In this document: one piece after another, positions 8,772 to 17,227 of the stretch | How the letters are laid out: every line of letters starts with the position of its first letter | How positions within the stretch are numbered: the stretch's first letter is position 1 | DNA from: Candidatus Cloacimonadota bacterium | GTDB taxonomy: Bacteria; Cloacimonadota; Cloacimonadia; Cloacimonadales; Cloacimonadaceae | Length of the DNA: 64,000 nt | Reading direction: 5' to 3' | NCBI GenBank assembly: GCA_028695495.1 | Contig: JAQVIX010000006.1 | Coordinates: 335 to 64,334 of the forward strand | The notes under the pieces: model-generated | The model's input: the letters and a program-made list of their open reading frames with translations, nothing else | Told to the model about the DNA's origin: nothing | The model's database searches: none | Made by a program: the position numbers and the translations under genes

Positions 8772-10370
8772 ATGAAAAAGAGTTGGTTTTTGCTTTGCCT
8801 TCTTTTGCCCCTGCTTTTATTCGCACAAGGCGTGGGACAAAACATTCCCGGCGATCCGATGCCGGAAGATGAATATGATGAAAACGAGGAATTGGAGTAT
8901 GGCATTGGGGGACGCCTGGGCACGGTAACGCACAATGGCGTAAGCTACACGCAAATACGTCTTTTTCCTCAGCTTAATATAGGTAAATTTGGTTTCGGTT
9001 TGGATATCGACCTTTTGATAGATGCGCAGGGAAAGGTGGATAAAGAGTATTGGGACGACTGGCAGGATTACCTAAACAAGGTCTTTTTTATCCGCTGGGG
9101 CAATCGCCGCGATCCCTTCTATTTCAAGGCGGGCTGCATTCCGGATTACACTCTGGGACATGGACTTATCTTCGACCACTTTTCCAATATGCTGCGCTAC
9201 CCCGCCGTAAAGAATGTGGGCAGTTATGTGGGCATAAATCTCCCCCTTTCAGGCTTGGGGTTTGAAGCCTATACGCATAATATCCACAAAAATGAGATTT
9301 TGGCGGCACGAGTGCATGCCAGACCCTTTGAATACCTTAATGTGCCTTTGGTGGAGAATATGAAGATTGGCATAAATGTGGGGAGAGACCGCAATCAATA
9401 TGGCAAATATCCGGATAGCGATGGTGATGGCATTCCGGACGTGTATGACATGTTTCCCAAAGACAAGAATAGCTGGCTGGATACGGATGGCGATGGCACG
9501 CCGGATAACCAGGATTTTGACATAAATGGAAACGGCATCATAGACCATCCAAATGACAACGAGCATGTATGGAATTGGCTGGGGCTTGAGCCTGGTGAGG
9601 ATGTAACTGAGCTTTACCCCCATCTTGTGTTTGATGATGATTTCTTCCAGGATGTAGCCGAGCCTCTGCCCGCCAAGAAAGCCGTAAACATTTATAGTGT
9701 GGATTACACCTTGCCCATCCTGGAAAACGATATGCTGCATCTGGATCATTATGCCGAGCTTGCCATCATCGATGGTTATGGAAACGGTATCATCTTCCCC
9801 GGCTTTTCTGCCTCTTTTGCTTTTATCGATGCCAAGCTGGAGTTTCGCAATTTTTCCGATGAATTTATCCCCGGCTATTTTGACCGTATTTACGACGAAC
9901 AGCGTTCGCGGGTGCGCATTGTGCAAGATGGCGAAAAATCCATATACAGCCTTTATGGCAAAGAAGAGCTACTAAAAAGCAGCAAAGCCGGACTGGGTTG
10001 GTTTGGCTATCTGCGCGCCAATATTGCCAATATCGGCTATGTAAAGCTGGCATATCAGGATATGTATGGGGAACAATCGAATATGGGCAAATCGGTTTGG
10101 GCAAATGCCACGCTTTCGCCGGCGGTGGTGCCAAAGCTAAAAGAAGCTGGCCTTTACTATTCCCAAGCTTATGTGCCCTATATCGACTTTCGGCGTCCAC
10201 GCAATTCTGCCGCTGCGCTTTCGGGAAAGCTCGTATGGGAAGTATCGGAAAATTCAAATCTCGTTGCGCGTTATAGCGAAACTTATAATGACCAGAATGG
10301 CGATGGAATAATAAAGGGTAAAGATGAGATCATCAGCTCTTTTGGCATGAGTATCGAGTTTAGTTTTTGA
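8772..10370 (+). CDS. Secreted, probable outer-membrane protein with thrombospondin type-3-like Ca-binding repeats
   Basis: 532 aa. Signal peptide MKKSWFLLCLLLPLLLFAQG. DSDGDGIPD / DTDGDGTPDNQD / DINGNGIID repeats. C-terminal ...SIEFSF ends in an aromatic residue like beta-barrel OMPs. Confidence 0.6.
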   Translation: MKKSWFLLCLLLPLLLFAQGVGQNIPGDPMPEDEYDENEELEYGIGGRLGTVTHNGVSYTQIRLFPQLNIGKFGFGLDIDLLIDAQGKVDKEYWDDWQDYLNKVFFIRWGNRRDPFYFKAGCIPDYTLGHGLIFDHFSNMLRYPAVKNVGSYVGINLPLSGLGFEAYTHNIHKNEILAARVHARPFEYLNVPLVENMKIGINVGRDRNQYGKYPDSDGDGIPDVYDMFPKDKNSWLDTDGDGTPDNQDFDINGNGIIDHPNDNEHVWNWLGLEPGEDVTELYPHLVFDDDFFQDVAEPLPAKKAVNIYSVDYTLPILENDMLHLDHYAELAIIDGYGNGIIFPGFSASFAFIDAKLEFRNFSDEFIPGYFDRIYDEQRSRVRIVQDGEKSIYSLYGKEELLKSSKAGLGWFGYLRANIANIGYVKLAYQDMYGEQSNMGKSVWANATLSPAVVPKLKEAGLYYSQAYVPYIDFRRPRNSAAALSGKLVWEVSENSNLVARYSETYNDQNGDGIIKGKDEIISSFGMSIEFSF

Positions 10371-10397
10371 TAAATAATATGAAGACCGAGGGCTACA

Positions 10398-11456
10398 ATG
10401 AACTCCTCTGAAAAAGAATTACGTTTGATCCGAATGCTGCTTACCATTATCGCGGTACCGATGGTGGTGATGATCTTTCGCACGCTCAAAGCCATCTTCA
10501 TTCCGCTGATGCTTGCCACATTCCTCAGCTTTGTATTTGCGCCGCTAAATGGCTGGTTGCGCAAGAAAAAGGTGCATATCAGCCTGGTAATGCTGATCAT
10601 GCTTATCATCATCAGCCTCCTGATGGTGGGAGCTTTTATGTTGCTAAATGCGGCTGCCGGCAGCTTGATCAGTGGCTTCCCCCGCTATCAATACCGGCTG
10701 GTATTGGAGCTGCAAAATTGGATTGAGTTCTTTGAAAACTGGAATATCAAGCTTGCTTCCGCTACCTCCTCTTTGCCCAAAATGGATATTTCGCGCCTGC
10801 TCTCGCCCGGTTCCTTTTCACTTTCCAAAACCCTTTCCAATGTAATGAGCACCACGGTGGGGATTGGCTGGAACTTCATTTTGATCATCATCTTTCTGAT
10901 GTTTATCGTGGCGCAGGATGGGCGGCTTAGCGAGCGGTTGGCGGCAGTATTGAAGGAAGAAGACCGTATTAAAACCACCAAAACACTACATAATATACAG
11001 GTGCAGATTCAGCGCTATCTGCTTACCAAAACCGTGATTAGCCTGCTTACGGCGATAGTGGGAATGGTATTTATGGCGCTTTATGGGGTAGATTTTATCC
11101 TGGTATGCGGCATCTTGCTATTTGTGCTAAACTTTATCCCCAATATCGGCAGCATTATCGCCAGCGGCATTCCTATCCTCATCTGCTTCTTGCAAGGCGG
11201 CTTGGATTGGCGCACAATTACCTTTTCGATGTGCATTATCGGTACGCAAATGCTCTTTGGCAATATCATCGAGCCGCAGATTCAGGGGGAAAGGCTCGAC
11301 CTCAGCCCCATCATGGTGTTGGTATCCCTCATCTTTTGGGGCTGGGTATGGGGAATAGTGGGTATGCTTTTGGCGGTGCCCATTACCTCCGCTATCAATA
11401 TCATGCTGAAGCAGATCAATGAAAAGAACCTGATTTCGGCGATTATCAGCGCATAG
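10398..11456 (+). CDS. AI-2E family transporter (PerM/UPF0118-like permease)
   Basis: 352 aa, multi-TM. FIPNIGSIIASGIPILI and LLAVPIT segments resemble the family consensus as I recall it. Confidence 0.75.
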   Translation: MNSSEKELRLIRMLLTIIAVPMVVMIFRTLKAIFIPLMLATFLSFVFAPLNGWLRKKKVHISLVMLIMLIIISLLMVGAFMLLNAAAGSLISGFPRYQYRLVLELQNWIEFFENWNIKLASATSSLPKMDISRLLSPGSFSLSKTLSNVMSTTVGIGWNFILIIIFLMFIVAQDGRLSERLAAVLKEEDRIKTTKTLHNIQVQIQRYLLTKTVISLLTAIVGMVFMALYGVDFILVCGILLFVLNFIPNIGSIIASGIPILICFLQGGLDWRTITFSMCIIGTQMLFGNIIEPQIQGERLDLSPIMVLVSLIFWGWVWGIVGMLLAVPITSAINIMLKQINEKNLISAIISA

Positions 11457-11726
11457 CGTTTTGAAAACATACTATTTTCAGTGCGGGGCAATGTCTTGTA
11501 CTGATATAGGTTGACTCTTTTTTGCCATGAATTCGGCATGATTTTTAGGTAAAATATTGAGGGTTTTCTCAGGCATTGCCAAAATGATGAGCAGGAACAC
11601 AGCTCATCGGCTGTGTTCCATTGTTCCAGCTCATTTTGGTTCCGGTTATCCCTGGCAGGTTGCTCCCCAGCAGAGCCTGTTTCCGTTTCACCGGACAGGC
11701 TCATACTGGGAATGTAGCTAATTATG

Positions 11727-12653
11727 TCAAGAAACATTATTTTCCTGTGCACTTTTAGGCGTTTTATTTATTGATTTTTCATAGACATAAGATGGTGTTT
11801 TGAGCTTCAGGCTTAAGTGTGGTCTTACGTCATTGTACAAGCGAATACTATCTTTGGTGATTAGCCGGACAGCATTAGTATTAGGGAAACTGACATCCAG
11901 TCCAAATTCCGTCTTCAAAATGCCATTGATCCTTTCTGCAACAGCATTATCAAAGCATTTGTCTGGACCGGTCATACTGATTTCTGCGCCGTGGTCTTTC
12001 AAGATAGCGACATAGTTTTTACAGCAATACTGTACACCATGATCGGAATGATGAATGAAACCAGGTTCAGGCTTAGCATATTTTAGGGCTTTTTGCAAGG
12101 CATCTTCTGCCCCTTCGGCGTTAAGGCTCGATCTTACCGCATATCCAAGCACTTTTCGGCTATACAAATCTGAGACAAGAAACAGGTAGCAAAACTTGCT
12201 TTCTGCGAGTCTAATATAAGTTATATCACTTACCCACACCTGATTAGCGCGCTCTGGTACCAGACCTTTGATTAAAAAAGGATAAACTGGCAGATCAGGT
12301 GCCGAAATTGACGTGTTTTTTCGACGTTTATACAATCTGGATTGCAAATTGTACTTCCTCAGAATGGCAAATAGCCGGTCACGACCAACAATTATGGGTA
12401 ATCCATAAGCTGGATCGGCAAGCATAGCTTGAAGCTTAAGACCTCCCAATGTTGGTAGGATTTTACGAATCTCTAATATCCGCATGACCACGATATTCTC
12501 CAATTCTAGCCTTTTTTCAAGCGCTATTTCGCGTTTGTACTTGGCTTGTTTGCTGATTCCATAGATTTTGCAGAACCTGTCGATGCTGAATTTGACTCCT
12601 CGCCGTAAAGCTTTCTCTTTGCTTCTAACAAGGCTTGGCTCCAGGGCTTTTTT
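11727..12653 (-). CDS. IS3-family transposase OrfB (rve/DDE integrase core), expressed only as an OrfAB fusion by recoding
   Basis: The frame is open from the TAA at 12654-12656. It translates KKALEPSLVRSKEKALRRGVKFSIDRFCKIYGISKQAKYKRE..., then WVSDITYI and HHSDHGVQY (DDE core). It is in the +1 frame relative to orfA as sequenced. Confidence 0.8.
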   Translation of the reverse strand, partial: KKALEPSLVRSKEKALRRGVKFSIDRFCKIYGISKQAKYKREIALEKRLELENIVVMRILEIRKILPTLGGLKLQAMLADPAYGLPIIVGRDRLFAILRKYNLQSRLYKRRKNTSISAPDLPVYPFLIKGLVPERANQVWVSDITYIRLAESKFCYLFLVSDLYSRKVLGYAVRSSLNAEGAEDALQKALKYAKPEPGFIHHSDHGVQYCCKNYVAILKDHGAEISMTGPDKCFDNAVAERINGILKTEFGLDVSFPNTNAVRLITKDSIRLYNDVRPHLSLKLKTPSYVYEKSINKTPKSAQENNVS

Positions 12654-12987
12654 TTATTGGTATTCCCAGCTCTTGCTCGGCTGATTCTACCATACTTTCC
12701 CACGCAATAGCGCGACATTCGGCTTCCTCCAATTGCTTTTTGAGCAAAGCTAATTCTCTTCGGAGGGTGATTAGCTCGGTTTCTTCGTACTTGGTCATGA
12801 TTACCACCTTTTTTCCTTTTTCTGCATTCATTCCATATATAGATAACCACCTATATACGGTCTCATTACCGCTAATGCCATAATATTTGGCTGCTTGATT
12901 TGCTGTCATAATACCGCATTCAATTTCGTTCACAACTGAACGCTTGAAAGCTTCACTATAGACTAGATTTGGTCTCTTTTTTTGCAT
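12625..12987 (-). CDS. IS3-family transposase OrfA (HTH DNA-binding, leucine-zipper-like C-terminus)
   Basis: 120 aa. YSEAFKRSVVNEIECGIMTANQAAKYYGISGNETVYRWL is a typical IS3 OrfA HTH. It ends just after the A8G run at 12648-12655. Confidence 0.85.
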   Translation of the reverse strand: MQKKRPNLVYSEAFKRSVVNEIECGIMTANQAAKYYGISGNETVYRWLSIYGMNAEKGKKVVIMTKYEETELITLRRELALLKKQLEEAECRAIAWESMVESAEQELGIPIKKSPGAKPC

Positions 12988-13066
12988 TGGTCAACTCCTA
13001 TTTTTTAGCGTTTTTTGGTCAACCAATTTCAGTACGGGACACAAAATCCGCCTCGCTACTCTATTC

Positions 13067-13132
13067 TCGCCCTCGCAATGCCCTCGCCTCTCCCCCGAAT
13101 TTGTGGGTAGAGATGACGGCATCATGAGGGCG
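13067..13132 (+). repeat. Palindromic repeat family B copy 1
   Basis: TCGCCCTCGCAATGCCCTCGCCTC...GAGATGACGGCATCATGAGGGCGG is a degenerate copy of the hairpin seen at 27655, 38073 and 47898. It lies 25 bp from the IS right end. Confidence 0.75.
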
Positions 13133-13300
13133 GCTATAGGGAAAGAATAAAGTAGCGGCAAGCTAATACCAGGTTTTGCGATATGCGAAAACCCGTGTTT
13201 CTCTGGCAAATCCCGATAAATATTCATCGAAAGGGTGGGCGCAGGGGTATCTGCCCCTGGTTTTGGGTAGCAATGAGCAGGCTTTTACTATTATCCGCTA

Positions 13301-14431
13301 TTAGTGCTTTTTGTGTTTTTTATTGATCGCCTTGGCGCGGTAGGTAAAAGCTTTTTCGGCAGGCAGGCTAAAGAGCATAGCGCGGGATTCATCTTCAAAG
13401 CAGGAAGTGGCTTCCAAAGCCTGGGTAATGGCTTCCACGCGCGCTGTGGGCACGATCATCTTGCAAATCTCGCGGGTATAGCGCTTTAGTTCCAGATTTT
13501 CATCCAGCTCCAGCATGCGCAATTTGCAGATCGTGGCGCCGGGGGCACCGCTGCTCATGGCGGCTTCCATTAGAGTAATGCCTTCAGCTTCTGCGCATAT
13601 GAGATTTAGCTCTGTAAGATCATGCAGATAGTCCCGAATCTTGGTGCCTTCCAGTTCCAGACTGGATTTGCGCCATTCCATACCGCCATTGATATTATCG
13701 ATAGCAGAAACCATCTGCTCGATGCTGGCGGCTTGGGCAATGCGCGAGCGGGATATCTTGGTATTTACAATGCCTTGCTTGATGGGAAACATATAGGCGA
13801 TGCCGCGACCGGGTTCATCCAGCTTGCCCACTTCGATATAAAGCTCCATTACGGATTGAGCGTCGTGTTTGCTAAGCACCAGATTCACCAATTCCTTTTC
13901 CGGCGGGATGGTGATGCGGAGCAAGCCCAGTTTGTCTCGCACACCGGAACCTTCGCCATGGGTGGTGGCGGGAACGCTGGCGCCGTAATTCAGGGCAATG
14001 CGGGAGATCTTATCACCTTCTCCGCGCTGCACGATGCACACAATGCCCATAAGCTGGTGAAAGAAGTTTTCGGATACCTGTTTTTGAAAGTGGATATTGC
14101 GGTTTACGTGGTAGCTACTATGCTGCTGCTCTATCGTCATATCATAGCTATAGATGCTACCCTTACCGGGGGTTTTGAGGTCGTATTTTTTGGCGATATA
14201 GCTTAGTATGCTGTGTTCAAATACTTCGTCCACGATTACGCTAAGGATTTCCACCTGGTAAGAAACCAGGCCTCTTAGCCCAAAGATACTGGGGAGATTG
14301 GAGTTTTCTCCCAAAACGGAGGAGCGTCCCATCTCGATAAAGAATTGCTTTACTCCCATGGCGATGAGATCATCCATGATGGACTTGGTAAGGTCTTTGT
14401 GGACGATGATGCTGATTCTTACGGCTTTCAT
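13301..14431 (-). CDS. Single-chain protein with three tandem PII-like (GlnB-fold) modules
   Basis: 376 aa. Three ~95-110-aa segments show a beta-alpha-beta-beta-alpha-beta pattern (MKAVRISIIVHKD..., LMGIVCIVQRGEGD...THGEGSGVRD...GRGIAYMFPI, LTELNLICAEAEG...). The start overlaps the upstream stop (ATGA). Confidence 0.65.
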   Translation of the reverse strand: MKAVRISIIVHKDLTKSIMDDLIAMGVKQFFIEMGRSSVLGENSNLPSIFGLRGLVSYQVEILSVIVDEVFEHSILSYIAKKYDLKTPGKGSIYSYDMTIEQQHSSYHVNRNIHFQKQVSENFFHQLMGIVCIVQRGEGDKISRIALNYGASVPATTHGEGSGVRDKLGLLRITIPPEKELVNLVLSKHDAQSVMELYIEVGKLDEPGRGIAYMFPIKQGIVNTKISRSRIAQAASIEQMVSAIDNINGGMEWRKSSLELEGTKIRDYLHDLTELNLICAEAEGITLMEAAMSSGAPGATICKLRMLELDENLELKRYTREICKMIVPTARVEAITQALEATSCFEDESRAMLFSLPAEKAFTYRAKAINKKHKKH

Positions 14432-16572
14432 AAGCTTGCCTCCTCAGTAGCGGCGGCAATTTCCAGATTTTCCTTAGGCGCTTCCTGTATCAAAGCTCTA
14501 CGGCGGTAATTTACCACCAGCCCCATGGAAAGAACCGAGATAATGGGACATACCGAAGCGGTGGCGAGGATGCCAAACCCTTGTTCCACACCCACCTGGC
14601 TGCCAATTCCCAAACCCATGGAGAGTACCAGCGGTACCGTGATAGGCCCCGTGGTTACCCCCGCACTATCCCAGCCAATGCTTACAAATTCCTCGGTGCT
14701 AAACTTCGTAATGAAAAAGAGGACAAGGTAGAGGGGGCATAAGAGCCAGAATAGCGGGATATTCCAGATAATCTGCGTGATGCCCAGCGAGATGCCGGTG
14801 CCCACTCCGATGGCTACCGCCTGAATAAGCGAGCTTTTGCGGAAGGCACCCACCGTTACATCTTCCACGGTAAGCCCCAGGGCGTTTAGCGCCGGCTCTG
14901 CCAGGGTGGCGGTATAGCCTAGGATAAAGGCAAATACCAATACCACCAGGATGCCCAGCGCACTATATGCTCCGCGCCCAAAGAGTGGACCGCGCATCGG
15001 AATATGGCGGTAAAGCTTTTGGCTATCATCGTAATTGTGCGCTTCAAACTGCACCGGGCTAATCTTGCCGGCTTCCTCTTCAAAATAGAAAAACTCATTG
15101 CTGCTGCCGTCCGGACGCACATAGTTATACACATTATCCAGGCTGAAATCCTTGATAATCTTCTGCTGGCTGGTGTTTTGCATTTGCGCAAAGGATACCG
15201 GCAGGTTCGAGCCTACCTGATCCCCAATGCGGGAAAGCCCCAGCTCGATGCCGCCGCCAAAGAGCGCCATTCCGATAACGGCAAATACCAGCCCCAGATA
15301 TACTTCGTCTGGGCGCCCCAGGCTCTCGCGGAGCACTATATACAAGATGCCCAATAGGAAGAGCGAGAGCGGAACGATGGCGCGCAAGGCTGCCAAGAGG
15401 TTCTTCAGGCTGTAATCCCGGATATTCATATCTTCCAAGCCGCCTTCGCCATTCTTGCCGGTGGAGCTATCGATCAAAAGCATCTCGGCAAATTGCTCTT
15501 TTAGCTCTTGATTGCCGTTTTGGATAAGCCAGGTGCGGAAATGGTCTTTGCTCCCAAATACCCTGCGGATATTGGCAGGCTCTTTGCCCAATTCGGATAC
15601 ATGCGCCATCAGGGCTGCTTTATCGTTATCAAATGCCTTCAGCTGCGCCTGGAAGCTGGCTTTTCCCAAGGCGTATTCCTGCATTTCTTCATTGCTATGA
15701 AAGAGATGCTGCGCTTTGCTATTTTGAGAATCGAAAAACTTTACATCACTGGTAGGATTTGGCACTACGTGGTTAACCAGCAAACCTAAAACCAAAACGG
15801 CGATTACCGGCACCAAAGATGCCATGGTTACCACGCCAAAGCCGCCCTCAACAGAACTTGCTCCCTTATTTGCCACGTGGCTAATGCCAATACCCAAAGC
15901 CAATACCAAAGGTACGGTGACGGGTCCCGTTGTAACGCCCCCGCTATCCCATGCCAAGCCTAGGATATGTTGCAAATTGGGATGGAAAGAGGAGTACAAA
16001 GAGAGAGCTAAAAGAATGCTAACTAATACATAGATAAAGGGCTTGAGCGACCAACCCTTGAAAAAGCGGAACATACTGAGGATAAGCGCACCGCCTACCC
16101 CTATGGCAATAGCGGCTACCAGATACACCGAGTATTTGTTTAATAGCAAAAAGAGTAGCGGCGCTTTCCAGGCAAGCACACTGCTGCCCGCTACTTTTAG
16201 TACCCCAATGGCGGGTTCGGCAAAGGTGGCTACCACGCCCAAGATAAAGCCAATAAAGAGGATGCTGCCAAACTTTGCCCGCTGCGGCAGGCGGATGCCA
16301 ATCTCCTCGCCCATGGGCATAATCCCCAAAAGCAGCCCTTCCATAAAGAAACTCAAACCCAAGATCACCATTACCAGCCCCATTCCAATCACCGAAGCAT
16401 GCAGTATCGGAATCCCTAAGATAATGGTTTGGAACAAGATCAGATAGATAATGATGCCGGATACGGATTTTATCTGCTCCAATACCTTAATCTTGATGTA
16501 GCGCAAGATCATCTTGAGGGCTTCTTCGCTACTCACCTTAAAGCGCGGACTTTCCGCTTTTTTTCGTTTCAT
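14428..16572 (-). CDS. Fused double DUF1538-domain integral membrane protein (putative transporter)
   Basis: 714 aa and highly hydrophobic. Two homologous halves each carry WDSGGVTTGPVTVPLVLALGIG / WDSAGVTTGPITVPLVLSMGLG. Hydrophilic inserts lie between and within the halves. Confidence 0.7.
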   Translation of the reverse strand: MKRKKAESPRFKVSSEEALKMILRYIKIKVLEQIKSVSGIIIYLILFQTIILGIPILHASVIGMGLVMVILGLSFFMEGLLLGIMPMGEEIGIRLPQRAKFGSILFIGFILGVVATFAEPAIGVLKVAGSSVLAWKAPLLFLLLNKYSVYLVAAIAIGVGGALILSMFRFFKGWSLKPFIYVLVSILLALSLYSSFHPNLQHILGLAWDSGGVTTGPVTVPLVLALGIGISHVANKGASSVEGGFGVVTMASLVPVIAVLVLGLLVNHVVPNPTSDVKFFDSQNSKAQHLFHSNEEMQEYALGKASFQAQLKAFDNDKAALMAHVSELGKEPANIRRVFGSKDHFRTWLIQNGNQELKEQFAEMLLIDSSTGKNGEGGLEDMNIRDYSLKNLLAALRAIVPLSLFLLGILYIVLRESLGRPDEVYLGLVFAVIGMALFGGGIELGLSRIGDQVGSNLPVSFAQMQNTSQQKIIKDFSLDNVYNYVRPDGSSNEFFYFEEEAGKISPVQFEAHNYDDSQKLYRHIPMRGPLFGRGAYSALGILVVLVFAFILGYTATLAEPALNALGLTVEDVTVGAFRKSSLIQAVAIGVGTGISLGITQIIWNIPLFWLLCPLYLVLFFITKFSTEEFVSIGWDSAGVTTGPITVPLVLSMGLGIGSQVGVEQGFGILATASVCPIISVLSMGLVVNYRRRALIQEAPKENLEIAAATEEASL

Positions 16573-16647
16573 CTTTCTAAACTCTCCAGAATAATACTTA
16601 TGTGTATCTGCCTCCTTCGGGGAGGTCAGATGGCAAGGGGTAATGCT

Positions 16648-17226
16648 TTACCCTATTATCAAATACAAGATCATGTTCATTACGCCCACGATGAAATTCA
16701 GCGCAATGATGAAGTACATTAAATATTTATGAACGTATAGGTTATAGTATCTTAGGAAGAAATCAATGCTAAACTGGAAGTCATAATCGTCAATACGGTG
16801 TTCCACCCTGTATTGCTCCAAAAGCCGGGGCACGGTTCTTCTTAGGAATTTCGATGCCACTCCGGTAAAGGAATCGGCTATCATATCCCGTATTTTGAGC
16901 TTCATCTTGGCGGTAAGGAAAAGCCAGCCATCTACAAACTCACTCTTTTCCCAGATGAAATTGCGGATCATGCCTTCCCATTTCTTTAGGTAGCCATCGC
17001 TCAGCTTGGGGTTTTCGGCTTGGCGCAGGTAGTCGTGCAAGAGGTCGCGCACTTTTACAAAAAGCCATTCACGCTTGCGCACCAAAAAGCCGGGGGTTAA
17101 AATGCAGCGCTTGCCAAAGAAATAGCGCGCTTTGCCATTGAACAAGAACCATCTGAGGAAATAGACCAAGCCCATGCCCAGCACTATGTTCCACACGATA
17201 AACAGTAATGATTTTAAAAATAACAT
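16648..17226 (-). CDS. Membrane protein of unknown function
   Basis: I start it at the internal ATG (MLFLKSLLFIVWNIV...), 1 nt after the TPM gene stop. The longer 255-aa ORF would overlap the Gly-rich tail of the upstream gene. TM helices at both ends. Confidence 0.55.
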   Translation of the reverse strand: MLFLKSLLFIVWNIVLGMGLVYFLRWFLFNGKARYFFGKRCILTPGFLVRKREWLFVKVRDLLHDYLRQAENPKLSDGYLKKWEGMIRNFIWEKSEFVDGWLFLTAKMKLKIRDMIADSFTGVASKFLRRTVPRLLEQYRVEHRIDDYDFQFSIDFFLRYYNLYVHKYLMYFIIALNFIVGVMNMILYLIIG

Positions 17227-17227
17227 T

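Larger units (their letters stand above)
11492..13041 (-). mobile_element. IS3-family insertion sequence, apparently full length (1550 bp)
   Basis: Terminal inverted repeats TGTCTTGTACTGATATAGGTTGAC / reverse complement TGTCCCGTACTGAAATTGGTTGAC (20/24 identical, TG...CA ends). Flanking 3-bp direct repeat CAA (11489-11491 and 13042-13044). Two-ORF transposase with an A8G overlap. Confidence 0.85.

Noticed and set aside
12524-12850. 108-aa ORF inside the IS element
   Set aside because: It is the third reading frame across the orfA/orfB overlap. Its tail is the dead-end -1 frame after the A-run. It has no transposase-like sequence.
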